A stretch of DNA of 64,000 nucleotides. Origin: Adineta vaga. Taxonomy: Eukaryota; Animalia; Rotifera. The stretch is from positions 15,686,001 to 15,750,000 of the forward strand of contig CP075492.1 of NCBI GenBank assembly GCA_021613535.1, in the 5' to 3' direction. Position 1 is the stretch's first letter; the number at the start of each line of letters is the position of its first letter. Shown here piece after piece: positions 63,138 through 64,000 of the stretch. Below the pieces are notes generated by a model. That model worked only from the letters and a program-made list of their open reading frames with translations, was not told where the DNA came from and did no database searches. The position numbers and the translations under genes were made by a program.

Positions 63138-63626
63138 GATGAACATTCTTTTTTTCTCATATTTCTGTAAACTGACTCACAATAGAATATAAAATAAAAC
63201 CCGGGCAAAAAATATCATTTTCTAGAATATATATGAAGTGAATCATTTATGCAAAGTGTGAAGTACGGACGAGAATAAATTCTGTCCACCCACGCCATCA
63301 AAAAACACGATAACTAATAGAAATACTTCTAAAGAGTGGGTATAATCATTAGAAATCACCATGTCATTTGAGTATATGTTTACTAGCAAACTGGTTCAAT
63401 GTGATAAGCTTATTCGTACGTGAGCATCAATTGATCAAGATTCTCAACATCCAGAAATCTAATTTTGCTAGCTGATTTCTATTCAATGATTAAGAAGATC
63501 GCAGCCCTCGAAAATAGAAGCGCCCTGTTTTGTTTGTCTTCATTCGAGTGATAGAAAAAGTAAATTGTGTGTATGTGTGTGCTGTTTAAAAGACATAATC
63601 TATTCTTTATTCAATTGATCATATGA

Positions 63627-64000
63627 CTAAAACAAAAAAAGAATGATAATTCTACCAAAATTAGTTTTATCACGATGAATTTCTCGCATTTTGCATCTGA
63701 CAAGTGGGTGCTTTGAGTTGCACGAATTATTTGGAATTATAGAAAAAATAGCATTAACTGTTCCCGAATTAATAAGTGAGATTTTAGAGTACAAATTTTC
63801 ATCATAACTACTAATATACCTCACATATCCGGATATTTCATAAAATGAGATAACAACGAATAAATTACCACAATCAATTGATAATGGATATCTTTTCTTG
63901 AAGCAGAATACTGCAAAACTGACGATATTTAAAAGCAATCAAACAAATAAAACATTTATGTGTATTCACCTCTTCACAACTCTCCATTACTGATATGTCT
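63627..64000 (-). CDS. Possible terminal part of a gene continuing beyond the window
   Basis: ORF of more than 100 codons near the edge; no recognisable motif. Confidence 0.2.

Overview
AT-rich eukaryotic genomic DNA with short (about 50-200 nt) GT-AG introns. The gene repertoire (LDLa/EGF-7TM receptor, many intronless orphan GPCRs, F-box array, NR1J receptor) and the TGTGGG/TGAGGG-like repeats suggest a bdelloid rotifer; this is inference, not a database result. Recognisable genes: a large LDLa/EGF GPCR cut by the left edge, four small GPCRs (two lesioned), cathepsin L, an HR96/NR1J nuclear receptor, a carboxylesterase relic, a clan-3 cytochrome P450, a TOM1-like VHS-GAT gene, an F-box array with pseudogenes, a PLAC8-like gene, an atypical tRNA-Asp, a Tc1/mariner-type MITE and a Helitron-like fragment. 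Most notable: (1) seven near-identical copies of an intronless 80-aa, 30%-Cys, non-secreted protein (5 on - at 14.5-20.7 kb, 2 on + at 56-63 kb) with mosaic gene-conversion-like signatures; (2) about 20 short, often palindromic elements built from telomere-like G-rich/C-rich arms, several at duplication breakpoints; (3) two predicted spliced fusions, REEP + vWA and NEURL4-like ADP-ribosyltransferase + TMEM272-like 4TM; (4) a Hedgehog-type Hog autoprocessing protein with only a ~35-aa secreted cargo; (5) small secreted peptide precursors. All family assignments come from reading motifs by eye.
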